Source: an uncultured Gemmatimonadales bacterium (GTDB lineage: Bacteria > Gemmatimonadota > Gemmatimonadetes > Gemmatimonadales > GWC2-71-9). Taken from it: a stretch of 64,000 nt of DNA. A program made the translations under genes and the position numbers. The notes under the pieces were generated by a model. The model ran no database searches. It was not told the origin of the DNA and saw only the letters and a list, made by a program, of their open reading frames with translations. Location of the stretch: the NCBI GenBank assembly GCA_963739455.1, contig CAVUAK010000002.1:224001-288000 (forward strand). Reading direction: 5' to 3'. Shown one piece after another: positions 1-9,745 of this stretch (position 1 is the stretch's first letter; each line of letters begins with the position of its first letter).

Positions 1-531
1 CGTCGAGCGCCACGGCGATCTCGCTCGCATTGTGCGCCTCCACGAGGGCCGCGAGTTCCGCATCCGCCGCGAACCGGCGCAGGGATTCGAGGCGCGACGG
101 CGTCAGCGCCCGGACGATGAGCAACACCGCGGATGCACCAGCGGCGCGAGCCTCGAGCACCTGCTCCTCCGAGAGGATGAAGTCCTTCCGAAGCACGGGC
201 ACGCGCACCTGCGCAGCCACGGCGCGAAGGTCCGCCAGTGAACCACCGAAGTGGGGACCATCGGTCAGCACGGATATGGCGGCCGCGCCGCCGTCACCGT
301 ACTGCACTGCCCTCGACGCCGGGTCGAGATCCTCGCGGATGCTGCCCGCCGACGGTGAGCGCCGCTTCACTTCGGCGATCAGCGACACCGCCGGCACCCT
401 CGCAGCGCCCGCCGGAACGACGGCCCGGCCGGTGTGTCCGCAGCCTGCCGCTCAAGCTCGCGCCGCCGCGCTTTCAGGGCGGGCAGCGTGAGCTCAGTCG
501 TGGCGAGGATCTGTCCCAGGGAAACGGGCAT
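1..531 (-). CDS. trpC: indole-3-glycerol phosphate synthase (runs off window; apparent frameshift near 390-400)
   Basis: Manual reverse translation: MPVSLGQILATT... then, in another frame, VSLIAEVKRRSPSAGSIR...AISVLTDGPHFGGS...PVLRKDFI...LVEAHN (TrpC motifs). Not in ORF track. Confidence 0.9.
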
Positions 532-532
532 C

Positions 533-579
533 TTGCCCTTCGGCAGGTATTCGGGTAATGTAATTCGGCCTCTGTTCGG
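533..579 (+). promoter_or_regulatory. lexA sigma70-type promoter with two candidate direct-repeat LexA operators
   Basis: TTGCCC (533-538), 17 bp spacer, TAATGT (556-561). TTCGG at 539, 550, 564 and 575 forms two TTCGG-N6-TTCGG pairs. Confidence 0.65.
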
Positions 580-604
580 TCAGCCAATACCCGGAGCGTA
601 TCGC

Positions 605-1213
605 ATGACCCTCACCAAGCGCCAGAACGAGATCCTCGCCTACCTGCGGGCGCATATCGCCGAACATGGCTATGCGCCCAGCTTCGAGGAAATCGCCGAG
701 CAATTCACCTTCGCGTCACTCGCGACGGTGCACGAGCATCTCACCAACCTGGAGCGGAAGGGCTACATCCGCCGCCAGTACAATGAGAGCCGCTCCATCG
801 AGGTGCTGCCGCCGCGTGGCACCGCGAAGGCCACGGAGATTCCGCTGCTCGGCAAGGTGGCGGCCGGCCTCCCCATCGAGTCGCTCATGCACGACGAGAC
901 CATCGCCGTGCCCGACGAGATCCTGCCTCGCCGTGGTCCCAACTACGCGCTCAAGGTCGCGGGCAACTCGATGATCGACGAGCATATCATCGATGGCGAC
1001 TACGTGGTCGTGCACGGTCGCGAGGCCGCCGAGAACGGCGAAATGGTCATCGCCCTGGTGAACGGCTCCGAGGCCACCGTGAAGAAGTTCTATCGCGAAA
1101 CCGGTGGGTGGATTCGCCTGCAGCCGGCCAACACCACCATGACGCCGATGCGATATCAGGAGCGCGACGTGCTGATCCAGGGCGTCGTGGTCGGGATCAT
1201 TCGCAAGTATTGA
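605..1213 (+). CDS. lexA: LexA SOS repressor
   Basis: MTLTKRQNEIL...GYAPSFEEIA...SLATVHEHL wHTH; Ala-Gly cleavage site (VAAGLP); catalytic Ser (GNSM) and Lys (TVKKF). Confidence 0.96.
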   Translation: MTLTKRQNEILAYLRAHIAEHGYAPSFEEIAEQFTFASLATVHEHLTNLERKGYIRRQYNESRSIEVLPPRGTAKATEIPLLGKVAAGLPIESLMHDETIAVPDEILPRRGPNYALKVAGNSMIDEHIIDGDYVVVHGREAAENGEMVIALVNGSEATVKKFYRETGGWIRLQPANTTMTPMRYQERDVLIQGVVVGIIRKY

Positions 1214-1217
1214 CTGC

Positions 1218-1304
1218 GGGAACAGGGAACCGGGAACAGGGAACGGGCGCTCCTGTTTCGCTGTTCGCGGTTCGCTGTTCACGCAGTTTCAGTTCCCTGT
1301 TCCC
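1218..1304. repeat. heptamer tandem repeats (GGGAACN x4, then near-inverted CNGTTCR x3) between convergent lexA and trpD; possible hairpin/terminator
   Basis: GGGAACA GGGAACC GGGAACA GGGAACG at 1218-1245; CTGTTCG CGGTTCG CTGTTCA at 1261-1281; GTTCCCTGTTCCC at 1292-1304. Confidence 0.75.
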
Positions 1305-2338
1305 GTTGTCGTCGCTGCACGCAGCTTTTGTAGCGCGTCCATCCCCTTCCCCGCATCCAGCGCCGCAGTGGCGCGCGCCAGCGACTCCTCGAAGGACCAC
1401 CCGCGACCCGACACGTAGAGTGCCGCCGCCGCATTGAGGCGCAGGGCATCACGGGCTGCGCCGCGCTCGCTCCCATTCAGGACCGCCTCGATCTGCGCCG
1501 CATTCTCTTCCGGTTCTCCCCCGGCCAGGTCGCGCACGCGACCCTCCGCGATACCGAGCTTCCCGGGTTCGATGGTCCACTCAGTCACGCGGCCGTCACG
1601 AATCTCCCAGGCCAGGCTGGGTCCGAGCGGGGAAATCTCGTCCATCCCCTCTGCCCCGTGCACCACGAGTGCGTGCCGTGCCCCGAGTGACACCAGCGCC
1701 TCTGCCAGTAACGGCGCCCGGTCACGATCGGACACGCCCAGCACCTGTCGCGTGACACCTGCCGGATTCGCCAGTGGCCCGAGCAGGTTCATGATGGTGG
1801 CAACGCCGAGTTCCCGTCTTACCGCCGCTGCGTGGCGCATGGCCGGATGAAAGGTTGGCGCAAAGAGAAACACGATTCCCGCCGCCTCGAGCACGCGCGG
1901 TACGTCTGAAGGCGGCGTAGGGACCGTGACTCCGAGTGCCTCGAGCACGTCGGCGGAACCTGAACGACTGGTGAAGCTTCGGTTCCCGTGCTTCGCGACC
2001 GGCACGCCGGCGCCCGCGACAATGAACGCGGCCCCTGTCGAGATATTGAAGGTCCCGGCCCGACCGCCGCCGGTACCGCAGGTGTCGACCATGTCATCAG
2101 CGCCCTCCAGGGCCAGCGCGGACATCGCGCGTCTCAGGGCCCGGGCGGCGCCGGCGACTTCTTCGGCGGACTCTCCCTTGTTCCGGAGCCCCATCAGCAG
2201 GGCGGCGATCTGGGGCGGAGTCGCGTTGCCCTGCATCACGACGTCGAATGCTGCGCCGGCCTCCGCGCCGGTCAACGACCGGCCCGCCGCGAGGCGGTCC
2301 AGCGCGTAACTAATCGGGCTTGATGTGGTGTCGGGCAC
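1289..2338 (-). CDS. trpD: anthranilate phosphoribosyltransferase
   Basis: DTCGTGG, FNIST, KHGNRS and SGSADVLEALG motifs. GTG start at 2338 is tentative (ORF extends to 2404). Confidence 0.95.
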   Translation of the reverse strand: MPDTTSSPISYALDRLAAGRSLTGAEAGAAFDVVMQGNATPPQIAALLMGLRNKGESAEEVAGAARALRRAMSALALEGADDMVDTCGTGGGRAGTFNISTGAAFIVAGAGVPVAKHGNRSFTSRSGSADVLEALGVTVPTPPSDVPRVLEAAGIVFLFAPTFHPAMRHAAAVRRELGVATIMNLLGPLANPAGVTRQVLGVSDRDRAPLLAEALVSLGARHALVVHGAEGMDEISPLGPSLAWEIRDGRVTEWTIEPGKLGIAEGRVRDLAGGEPEENAAQIEAVLNGSERGAARDALRLNAAAALYVSGRGWSFEESLARATAALDAGKGMDALQKLRAATTTGTGN

Positions 2339-2422
2339 GGGCGACCGGGGTGGCGGAAGAAGGCCGGGAAAGCGTAGGGGGTCGCGCGGGCTTTTGTCAA
2401 TCAAGACAAAGAGTTGCGACGC

Positions 2423-2451
2423 TTGTTTAGGGGGGCGGTGGCGGCTAGATT
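2423..2451 (+). promoter_or_regulatory. sigma70-type promoter of the truA-pur operon
   Basis: TTGTTT (2423-2428), 17 bp spacer, TAGATT (2446-2451), 9 nt before the truA ATG. Confidence 0.55.
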
Positions 2452-2460
2452 CTGGCGGTC

Positions 2461-3261
2461 ATGAGTCGGTCCTTCCTCGCGCTGATCCACTTCGACGGCA
2501 CCGAGTTCCTCGGGTGGCAGCGACAGGCAACGGGCCGGACTGTGCAGGGCGAAGTTGAACGGGTCCTGGCGCGCCTCGCGGACCGTCACGTCGCTGCCCA
2601 TGGGGCAGGACGCACTGACGCGGGCGTTCATGCGCTGGGTCTGGCGGTCAGCTTCGCAATGCCTGAATCATGGACGCCCGACGCGCTCCGCCGGGCCCTC
2701 AATGCCCTCCTCCCCCGCGACATATGGGTCGCCGCGCTCTCCGAGATGCGCGCTGGCTTCCACGCGCGCAAGCACGCGGAGAGCCGCCGGTACCGCTACG
2801 ACATCGGTTGCGACCAGGCCTCAAGCAGTCCATTCCGCCGCAAGTTCGAGTGGGCGCTTGGTCGTGCCCTCGATCGCTCGCTGCTCGAGCAATCCGCCGC
2901 CGCTGTTGCCGGCGAGCATGACTTCCGGGCTTTCTCGGCGCGCACCGAACCCAAGCCGCACTACGATTGCCGCATCCGTGAGGCGCGCTGGGAACAGCGA
3001 CCGCACGACCATGGCTGGTCATTCCACGTCGAGGCTGACCGGTTCCTGCAGCACATGGTGCGCATGCTGGTCGGCACCATGACCGACATCGCGCTCGGGC
3101 GGCGGCCGATCGACGACATGTCCCGCCTGCTCGCCCGCACCGACAACAGCGAGACCAGCCCGCCTGCCCCGCCGCAGGGGCTCTATTTCGTGCGCGCTGC
3201 ATATCCCGAGGCGCTCTTCAATCTCGAAGGGCCTGTGGCGGGGGCGGTGGCATCGGCATGA
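2461..3261 (+). CDS. truA: tRNA pseudouridine(38-40) synthase
   Basis: FDGTEFLGWQRQ, GAGRTDAGVHA, FLQHMVR, APPQGLYF motifs. Confidence 0.96.
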   Translation: MSRSFLALIHFDGTEFLGWQRQATGRTVQGEVERVLARLADRHVAAHGAGRTDAGVHALGLAVSFAMPESWTPDALRRALNALLPRDIWVAALSEMRAGFHARKHAESRRYRYDIGCDQASSSPFRRKFEWALGRALDRSLLEQSAAAVAGEHDFRAFSARTEPKPHYDCRIREARWEQRPHDHGWSFHVEADRFLQHMVRMLVGTMTDIALGRRPIDDMSRLLARTDNSETSPPAPPQGLYFVRAAYPEALFNLEGPVAGAVASA

Positions 3262-4634
3262 CCCGCACCCGACTCGCGCTCATCGCGCTTGCGCTCGCGA
3301 CCTGGGGACGGGCCGAGGCGCAGGCGAAGCCGCCGGCGCAACAGCCGATCGACCAGTCGCGCCGCACCGCCATCGTCACCTCAGCGGCGAGAGTGTCCCC
3401 GTCCGTCGTGTCGGTGGGCGTGGTCGGGCGCCGGCGAGTGCAGCAGTCGCCCTTCGACATGTTCTTCGCCCCGGAGGGGAATGAGCAGCAGGTGCAGAGC
3501 TTCGGCACCGGGTTCGTCGTGCGCTCCGACGGCGTGATCATCACGAACCAGCACGTGGTCGAGGGCGCCGACCAGATCACGGTGACGCTGTCCGATGGCA
3601 CCGATGTGGTGGCAACACTGGTTGGCGAGGACGCCACCACCGACATCGCGGTACTGAAGGTGCCGCGCACGGGCCTGCCGGTGCCGCCGCTTGGCAACAG
3701 CGAAGACCTGATGATCGGTGAATGGCTGGTGGCCCTCGGCAACCCCTATCGGTTCCTGCTCAGCAACGTCGAGCCCACCGTCACGGCCGGCGTCGTGAGC
3801 GCGGTGGGCCGGAACATCCTCCCGACGGGAGAGCAGCCGGGCCTGTACCTCGACATGATCCAGACCGACGCGGCAATCAACCCTGGCAACTCCGGTGGTC
3901 CGCTTGCCAACGCGCTGGGCCAGGTGGTCGGCGTCAACGCATCGATCTTCTCGAGCAGTGGCGGCTCGATCGGTCTCGGCTTTGCCATCCCGATCGAGCG
4001 CGCAATGCGGGTCACCGAGGAAATCCTGCGCCGGGGCGAGATGCACCGCGCATGGACGGGCATCGAGGTGGCCGGCGCGCGGCAGATGCAGCTCACCCGC
4101 TCGCCCGACGGGCTCCGCATCGAGGCGGTCGCGACTGGCAGCCCGGCGGCCATTGCCGGACTCAAGACGGGTGACATCCTGGTACTGGCGAATGGACAGA
4201 GGATGCGCACGTGGCTCGACTGGGAGGCGGTCAAGCTCGACGTCGCGGTGGGTGACACCGTCCTGGTCGAGGTGAAGAGCGCCGGCGGGCCGGCGGTGCG
4301 CCGTCGGATCCGCACCGGCGAGCTGCCGAGCGTCACCGCCGAGAAGGTGCCGGCGCTGCAGGACATCCAGCTGGTTACCGTGACGCCGGCGATCCGCGCT
4401 GAGCGTCACATTGCCGCCGAGCAGGGCGCGCTCATCTTCAGCATCTCCCCCGATGCGGCGCGTCTCACCGGCCTTCAGGGTGGCGACGTGATCCTGGCGA
4501 TCAACAACGCGCGCGTCGAGGATGCGACCGGTGTCGGGGCCAGCATTGAACGCTTGCGCCCCGCGCGCGGCTTTCGCGTCTTCTTCGAGCGCGATCGTCG
4601 CATACGCTTCACCGACCTCTCATTCTCCTCATGA
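3258..4634 (+). CDS. HtrA/DegP-family serine protease with two PDZ domains
   Basis: Signal peptide; TNQHVV, DIAVLK, TDAAINPGNSGG catalytic triad; two GD(I/V)-type PDZ segments. Confidence 0.93.
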   Translation: MTRTRLALIALALATWGRAEAQAKPPAQQPIDQSRRTAIVTSAARVSPSVVSVGVVGRRRVQQSPFDMFFAPEGNEQQVQSFGTGFVVRSDGVIITNQHVVEGADQITVTLSDGTDVVATLVGEDATTDIAVLKVPRTGLPVPPLGNSEDLMIGEWLVALGNPYRFLLSNVEPTVTAGVVSAVGRNILPTGEQPGLYLDMIQTDAAINPGNSGGPLANALGQVVGVNASIFSSSGGSIGLGFAIPIERAMRVTEEILRRGEMHRAWTGIEVAGARQMQLTRSPDGLRIEAVATGSPAAIAGLKTGDILVLANGQRMRTWLDWEAVKLDVAVGDTVLVEVKSAGGPAVRRRIRTGELPSVTAEKVPALQDIQLVTVTPAIRAERHIAAEQGALIFSISPDAARLTGLQGGDVILAINNARVEDATGVGASIERLRPARGFRVFFERDRRIRFTDLSFSS

Positions 4635-6070
4635 CAGACGACCGCTACCGCTCGCCGCTCGGCACTCGCTATGCCTCCGCCGCCATGCAGGCGCTCTGGG
4701 GCGATCGTCACCGTGTGTCGCTCTGGCGCCGGCTCTGGCTGGCCCTGGCAGAGTCGGAGCGGGAACTCGGCCTCGCCATTCCCGGGGAGGCGATCGCGGA
4801 CATGCGAGCGCATCTCGACGATGCCGACCTCGAGGTCGCGGCGAAGTACGAGCGCCGGTTCCGTCACGACGTAATGGCACACGTCCACGCGTTCGGTGAC
4901 CAGGCGGTGACGGCGCGCCCGTTCATCCATCTTGGCGCCACGAGCGCATTCGTCACCGACAACGCGGACCTGGTTGTCATGCGCGAGGGTCTTCGCCTCG
5001 TGCTCGGCCGCCTCGTCGCGCTGCTCGGCGCACTGGACACCTTTGCCATCCGCTACGCCACCGTTCCCTGCCTTGCCTACACGCACTTCCAGCCGGCCCA
5101 GCTCACGACGGTGGGCAAGCGGGCGACATTGTGGATGCAGGACCTCGCGCTCGACGTGGAGGAGACTTGCCATCGCCTCGAGACGCTGCGCTTCCACGGC
5201 TGCAAGGGGACCACGGGTACCCAGGCCTCGTTCCTGGAGCTCTTCAAGGGCGACCACGAGAAGGTGCGCGAGCTCGATCGCCGCATCGCGGCCAGGATGG
5301 GCTTTGACGAGACCTTCGCCGTCTCCGGGCAGACGTACCCGCGCAAGATCGACTCGCAGGTCCTCGATGTACTGAGCGGCGTCGCGCAGTCGTCCGCCAA
5401 GATGGGATCGGACCTGCGGCTCCTGCAGCATGAGGGCGAGCTGCTCGAGCCGTTCGAGTCGGAGCAGATCGGCTCCAGTGCCATGGCGTACAAGCGGAAC
5501 CCGATGCGTGCCGAGCGGATCTGCAGCCTTGCGCGGTTCGTCATCTCGCTCCAGGCCAATGGCGCCCACACCGCTGCCAATCAATGGCTCGAGCGCACGC
5601 TCGACGACAGCGCCAACCGCCGGCTCACGCTCCCCGAGGCGTTCCTCGCCACCGATGCGATACTCGTGCTGGCGACCAACGTGGCGGCCGGGCTCGAGGT
5701 GCGGGAGGCTGTGGTACGGAAACACGTCGACGAACAGATGCCGTTCATGGCGACCGAACGCTGGCTCATGCTGGGCGTGGGCCAGGGCGGCGACCGGCAG
5801 GAACTGCACGAGGTCATTCGCAAGCACAGCCTCGCCGTGGCGGATGCGGTGAGCGCCGGCGCACCGAACGACCTGCTCGACCGGCTCGGCAAGGACAAGG
5901 CGTTCTCCAAAGTGCCGTCTGCCTCACTGCAGGCCGAACTCGAGCCGCACCGCTACACCGGTCGCTCGATCCAGCAGGTGCAGGAGTTCACGCGCGACTA
6001 CCTCCCGCCGCTGCTTGCACGGGCACGCGCGCTGGCAGCCGAAGCGGGCAATGCGGAGGTGCGGGTATGA
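4631..6070 (+). CDS. purB: adenylosuccinate lyase
   Basis: RHDVMAH, HLGATS, THFQPAQ and [10 protein letters not shown] signatures. Confidence 0.96.
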   Translation: MTDDRYRSPLGTRYASAAMQALWGDRHRVSLWRRLWLALAESERELGLAIPGEAIADMRAHLDDADLEVAAKYERRFRHDVMAHVHAFGDQAVTARPFIHLGATSAFVTDNADLVVMREGLRLVLGRLVALLGALDTFAIRYATVPCLAYTHFQPAQLTTVGKRATLWMQDLALDVEETCHRLETLRFHGCKGTTGTQASFLELFKGDHEKVRELDRRIAARMGFDETFAVSGQTYPRKIDSQVLDVLSGVAQSSAKMGSDLRLLQHEGELLEPFESEQIGSSAMAYKRNPMRAERICSLARFVISLQANGAHTAANQWLERTLDDSANRRLTLPEAFLATDAILVLATNVAAGLEVREAVVRKHVDEQMPFMATERWLMLGVGQGGDRQELHEVIRKHSLAVADAVSAGAPNDLLDRLGKDKAFSKVPSASLQAELEPHRYTGRSIQQVQEFTRDYLPPLLARARALAAEAGNAEVRV

Positions 6071-6990
6071 CCGCGGCACTCCACGCCTCCTCCCTGCCCC
6101 TGCCGCTGGTGCGGCGCGGCAAGGTGCGGGAGGTGTACGATGCCGGCCCCGACGCGCTGCTCCTGGTGGCGAGCGACCGCGTCAGTGCCTTCGATGTCGT
6201 CATGAACGAGGCGGTGCCCTTCAAGGGTGCCGTGCTCACCCAGATGTCCGCCTTCTGGTTCGGTCACCTGGAGAAGGCGGCCCCCTCGCACTTCATCACC
6301 GCGTGCAGGGACGAGATCATCGAGCGCCTTCCGGCCCTGGCATCATCCCGCGACCAGCTCGCCGGGCGGGCCATGCTGGTGCGCCGTACTGAACCGGTGC
6401 CCTTCGAGTGCGTCGTGCGTGGCTATCTCAGTGGTTCGGCCTGGCAGGAGTACCGCACGGGCGGCACGCTCGCCGGCGAGCCACTCCCCACGGGACTGCT
6501 GGAGAGTGCGCGGCTCGACCCGGCGCTCTTCTCGCCTGCCACCAAGGCGGAGTCGGGGCACGACGTCAACGTGACCTATGCCGCCGTGGCAGATGCGCTG
6601 GGCGCCGATGTTGCACTACGCCTCCGCACACTGAGCTTCGCCGTCTACACTGCTGGTCGCGACTATGCCGCCGGCCGGGGGATCATCATCGCCGACACCA
6701 AGTTCGAGTTCGGCCATGCACCCGATGGCAGCCTGCTGCTCATCGACGAGGTGCTGACGCCCGATTCCTCCCGCTTCTGGCCGGCCGATCGATACGCGCC
6801 CGGTGGCACGCAGCCGAGCTTCGACAAGCAGCCGCTGCGCGACTACCTCGCGACGCTCAAGCAGGCCGGCAAGTGGAATGGCGAGGCGCCTCCACCTCCG
6901 CTCCCCGCCGAGGTCATCGCCGCCACCAGCGCGCGCTATCTCGAGGCGTACCGGCTCCTCACCGGCCGCGAACTGGGCGCCGAGGCATGA
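6067..6990 (+). CDS. purC: SAICAR synthetase
   Basis: [52 protein letters not shown] overlap with purB. Confidence 0.96.
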   Translation: MTAALHASSLPLPLVRRGKVREVYDAGPDALLLVASDRVSAFDVVMNEAVPFKGAVLTQMSAFWFGHLEKAAPSHFITACRDEIIERLPALASSRDQLAGRAMLVRRTEPVPFECVVRGYLSGSAWQEYRTGGTLAGEPLPTGLLESARLDPALFSPATKAESGHDVNVTYAAVADALGADVALRLRTLSFAVYTAGRDYAAGRGIIIADTKFEFGHAPDGSLLLIDEVLTPDSSRFWPADRYAPGGTQPSFDKQPLRDYLATLKQAGKWNGEAPPPPLPAEVIAATSARYLEAYRLLTGRELGAEA

Positions 6991-7613
6991 TCAAGGTCGC
7001 GCCTGAGGGGAAGCCGTTCATCATTGGCGCCTTCGTCATTTTCGGCCTGCTGCTCGTCTTCACCCACTGGTGGGCACTGCTCTGGCTGCCCATCGCCATC
7101 TGGGTGGTGGCGTTCTTCCGCGATCCCCCACGGGACGGCGAGCGCGGTCCTGACCTGGCCATCGCGCCGGCCGACGGGCTCGTCGTCGATGTGCGCGAAA
7201 TCGACGAACCGTCATTCATTGGTGGCAAGGCGCTGCGGGTCTGCATCTTCATGAACGTCTTCGATTGCCACGTCAACAGGTATCCCCTGGGCGGTAGCGT
7301 GGCATATCGTCACTACAACCCGGGCAAGTTCCTGAACGCCGCCGACGAGAAGTCGAGCCTCGAGAATGAGCAGTCGTCCGTGGGGCTCGACACAGCCCAT
7401 GGACGCATCCTGGTGCGCCAGATCGCGGGGCTCATCGCCCGGCGCATCATCACCGATCATCCGGTCGGTACCGTGGCGCAGCAGGGCGAGCGGCTGGGCC
7501 TGATCCGGTTTGGTTCTCGCGTCGACCTATTCCTGCCGACCGACGCGCGCGTGCTGGTCCAGCGCGGCATGCGCACGAAGTGCGGCCTCACCGTGGTGGC
7601 ACGATGGAACTGA
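6987..7613 (+). CDS. psd: phosphatidylserine decarboxylase (short type)
   Basis: [33 protein letters not shown] and FGSRVD autocleavage motif. Confidence 0.92.
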   Translation: MIKVAPEGKPFIIGAFVIFGLLLVFTHWWALLWLPIAIWVVAFFRDPPRDGERGPDLAIAPADGLVVDVREIDEPSFIGGKALRVCIFMNVFDCHVNRYPLGGSVAYRHYNPGKFLNAADEKSSLENEQSSVGLDTAHGRILVRQIAGLIARRIITDHPVGTVAQQGERLGLIRFGSRVDLFLPTDARVLVQRGMRTKCGLTVVARWN

Positions 7614-8452
7614 GACCCAAGGGCGGCGGCCTGCAGCGGCCGATGCGGCAAGTAGTGGTGGTGATGCCGAGCGCGTTCACTCTCGGCAACCTGTTCTTCG
7701 GGTTCTGGGCGATCATCTCGGCCTACAACGGGAACTTCCGCTGGGCCGGCTGGTTCATCGTGTTCGCCGGCATCCTGGATGTGCTCGACGGGCGCATCGC
7801 CCGGCTGGCCAAGACCAGCAGCCGGTTCGGCGAGGAACTCGACTCGCTCATCGACCTCGTCTCGTTCGGCGTGGCACCGGCGCTCATCATGTACTTCCTC
7901 GAGTTCAATGCCGCGGGGAAGTTCGCGTGGGTGCTCTGCTGGATTTACGTGGTGGCGGCGGCAATCCGGCTCGCCCGCTTCAACGTGGCATCAGCCGGCA
8001 AGCCCGGTGCCTGGTTCACGGGCATCCCGTCGCCCGCTGCCGGCATGACCCTGGCCTGCTACTACCCGTTCACCCAGACGCCGTGGTATCGAGCCTCGCT
8101 TGCGTACCTCGACCTGCAGCACCAGGGGCTCGTGCTCCTGATGCTGGTGCTCGGTGTGCTGATGGTCAGCAACGTGAAGTACCCGAAGATGCCGGGGTTC
8201 AGCTTCCGGACTGGTCGCCAGACCGCCGTCACGCTCCTCGTGCTGGGCTGCATGGTTGCGGCCCTCATCAAGCCCGACGCCGTGCTGTTCCCGCTCGGGC
8301 TCGCGTATGCACTGTTTGGCGTGGTCCGCGGGGCGCTGCTCGGCCTCATGGAGCGCCATGAACCTGAAGTGACCGCCACCGGCGATGACGGCGGCGGTGA
8401 GATCACCTCCCTCAGTCGCGAGCGCCGGGAGCGCCGCAAGGAGATGGAATGA
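7604..8452 (+). CDS. pssA: CDP-diacylglycerol--serine O-phosphatidyltransferase
   Basis: CDP-alcohol phosphotransferase motif DVLDGRIAR...FGEELDSLID; RLARFN; adjacent to psd. Confidence 0.92.
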   Translation: MELRPKGGGLQRPMRQVVVVMPSAFTLGNLFFGFWAIISAYNGNFRWAGWFIVFAGILDVLDGRIARLAKTSSRFGEELDSLIDLVSFGVAPALIMYFLEFNAAGKFAWVLCWIYVVAAAIRLARFNVASAGKPGAWFTGIPSPAAGMTLACYYPFTQTPWYRASLAYLDLQHQGLVLLMLVLGVLMVSNVKYPKMPGFSFRTGRQTAVTLLVLGCMVAALIKPDAVLFPLGLAYALFGVVRGALLGLMERHEPEVTATGDDGGGEITSLSRERRERRKEME

Positions 8453-8700
8453 CGTACCGGGTCCACGTCCGCGTCATGCCGCGTGCCGGCTTGCTCGATC
8501 CACAGGGTCAGGCGGTCGAGCATGCCCTGAACGCCCTGGGCTTCGCCGAGACGCGCACGGTGCACGTCGGGCGCGCCGTGGAGATCGAGGTCGAGGCCGG
8601 GTCGCGCGACGAGGCCGAGGCACGGGCTCGATTGATGTGCGACCGGTTGCTGGCCAATCCGGTCACCGAGGATTACCAGGTTGAGGTGGAGGCCGACTGA
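8449..8700 (+). CDS. purS: FGAM synthase subunit PurS
   Basis: LDPQGQAV...LLANPVTEDY. Confidence 0.95.
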   Translation: MTYRVHVRVMPRAGLLDPQGQAVEHALNALGFAETRTVHVGRAVEIEVEAGSRDEAEARARLMCDRLLANPVTEDYQVEVEAD

Positions 8701-9401
8701 TGGTGCGCGTCGCCGTAGTCCGGTTTCCCGGCAGCAACTGCGATGAGGATGCTCGCCGCGGGGCAGAACAGAGCGGTGCTGACGCTTACTTCGTCTGGCA
8801 TCGTGACACCTCGCTGCAGGCCGCGGACGTCGTCGTCCTGCCTGGCGGGTTCTCCTACGGCGACTACCTGCGCTCCGGCGCCATCGCCCGCTTCAGCCCG
8901 ATCATGCAGGCGGTCCAGGCACACGCCGCCGCCGGTGGTGCCGTCGTGGGCATCTGCAATGGCTTCCAGATCCTCTGCGAAGCCCACTTGCTGCCCGGCG
9001 CATTGATGCGCAACGGCGGCCTGACCTTCGTGTCGAAGCCGGTGGATTGCATGGTGGAGCGCACCGATACCGTCCTCACCTGGGCCTTCGACCGGAAGAC
9101 GCCGGTGCGGATTCCGGTGGCACATGGCGAGGGGCGCTTCGTCGCCGATGCCGAGACGCTCGCTCGCCTCGAAGGCGAGGGCCAGGTGGTGCTGCGCTAC
9201 CAGAAGCAGGCCCCCGCGGTCGAGGGCAATCCCAACGGTTCAAGCAATGACATAGCCGGCATCTGTAACGCGGCGGGAACCATCGTCGGCATCATGCCAC
9301 ATCCCGAGCGGGTTGTTGATCCCCGCCTTGGCTCGGCAGACGGGTTGCTGTTCATGCGCTCGCTCGCCGGCGTCCGCGCCCTCTCCGGAGCTGCCCGATG
9401 A
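8700..9401 (+). CDS. purQ: FGAM synthase glutaminase subunit
   Basis: [32 protein letters not shown]. Confidence 0.96.
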   Translation: MVRVAVVRFPGSNCDEDARRGAEQSGADAYFVWHRDTSLQAADVVVLPGGFSYGDYLRSGAIARFSPIMQAVQAHAAAGGAVVGICNGFQILCEAHLLPGALMRNGGLTFVSKPVDCMVERTDTVLTWAFDRKTPVRIPVAHGEGRFVADAETLARLEGEGQVVLRYQKQAPAVEGNPNGSSNDIAGICNAAGTIVGIMPHPERVVDPRLGSADGLLFMRSLAGVRALSGAAR

Positions 9402-9745
9402 CACGTATCCCAGGATTGCTGGCAACGATGCTGCTGGTGGGTGCCGCCACGACGGCTCACGCCCAGACCCCGGTTCGCCCCGGCATGACGGCGGCGGAAG
9501 TGACCGCCGCATGGGGCGCCCCGACGTCGACCCGCACGCGCGGCAACTACACCTACCTGAACTATCCGTCGTCGTGCATGCCGTCATGCGGCACGCAGGA
9601 CGTCGTGATCCTCCAGGACGGCAAGGTGGTGGACGCGATCGCGCGCTCGAGCAACCATCCCTACGAAGGCCCTTCAAGCCTCACCGGCAAGGCGCCTGGG
9701 TTCACCGACTCCGCCGGCGTCACGACGCCCGCAGCCAAGCCATGA
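9398..9745 (+). CDS. small secreted protein, SmpA/OmlA(BamE)-like
   Basis: Signal peptide ending [21 protein letters not shown] motif; CMPSC; ATGA overlaps on both sides. Confidence 0.65.
   Translation: MTRIPGLLATMLLVGAATTAHAQTPVRPGMTAAEVTAAWGAPTSTRTRGNYTYLNYPSSCMPSCGTQDVVILQDGKVVDAIARSSNHPYEGPSSLTGKAPGFTDSAGVTTPAAKP

Noticed and set aside
1218..1304. Short repeats as a CRISPR array
   Set aside because: 7-bp tandem units without spacers; no cas genes in the window.
5584..7613. Long N-terminal extensions on purC and psd (likewise on the GGDEF, ptsN and BTAD ORFs)
   Set aside because: Extensions overlap neighbouring genes or intergenic DNA and are low-complexity high-GC read-through; internal starts have overlaps, RBS or -10 support.
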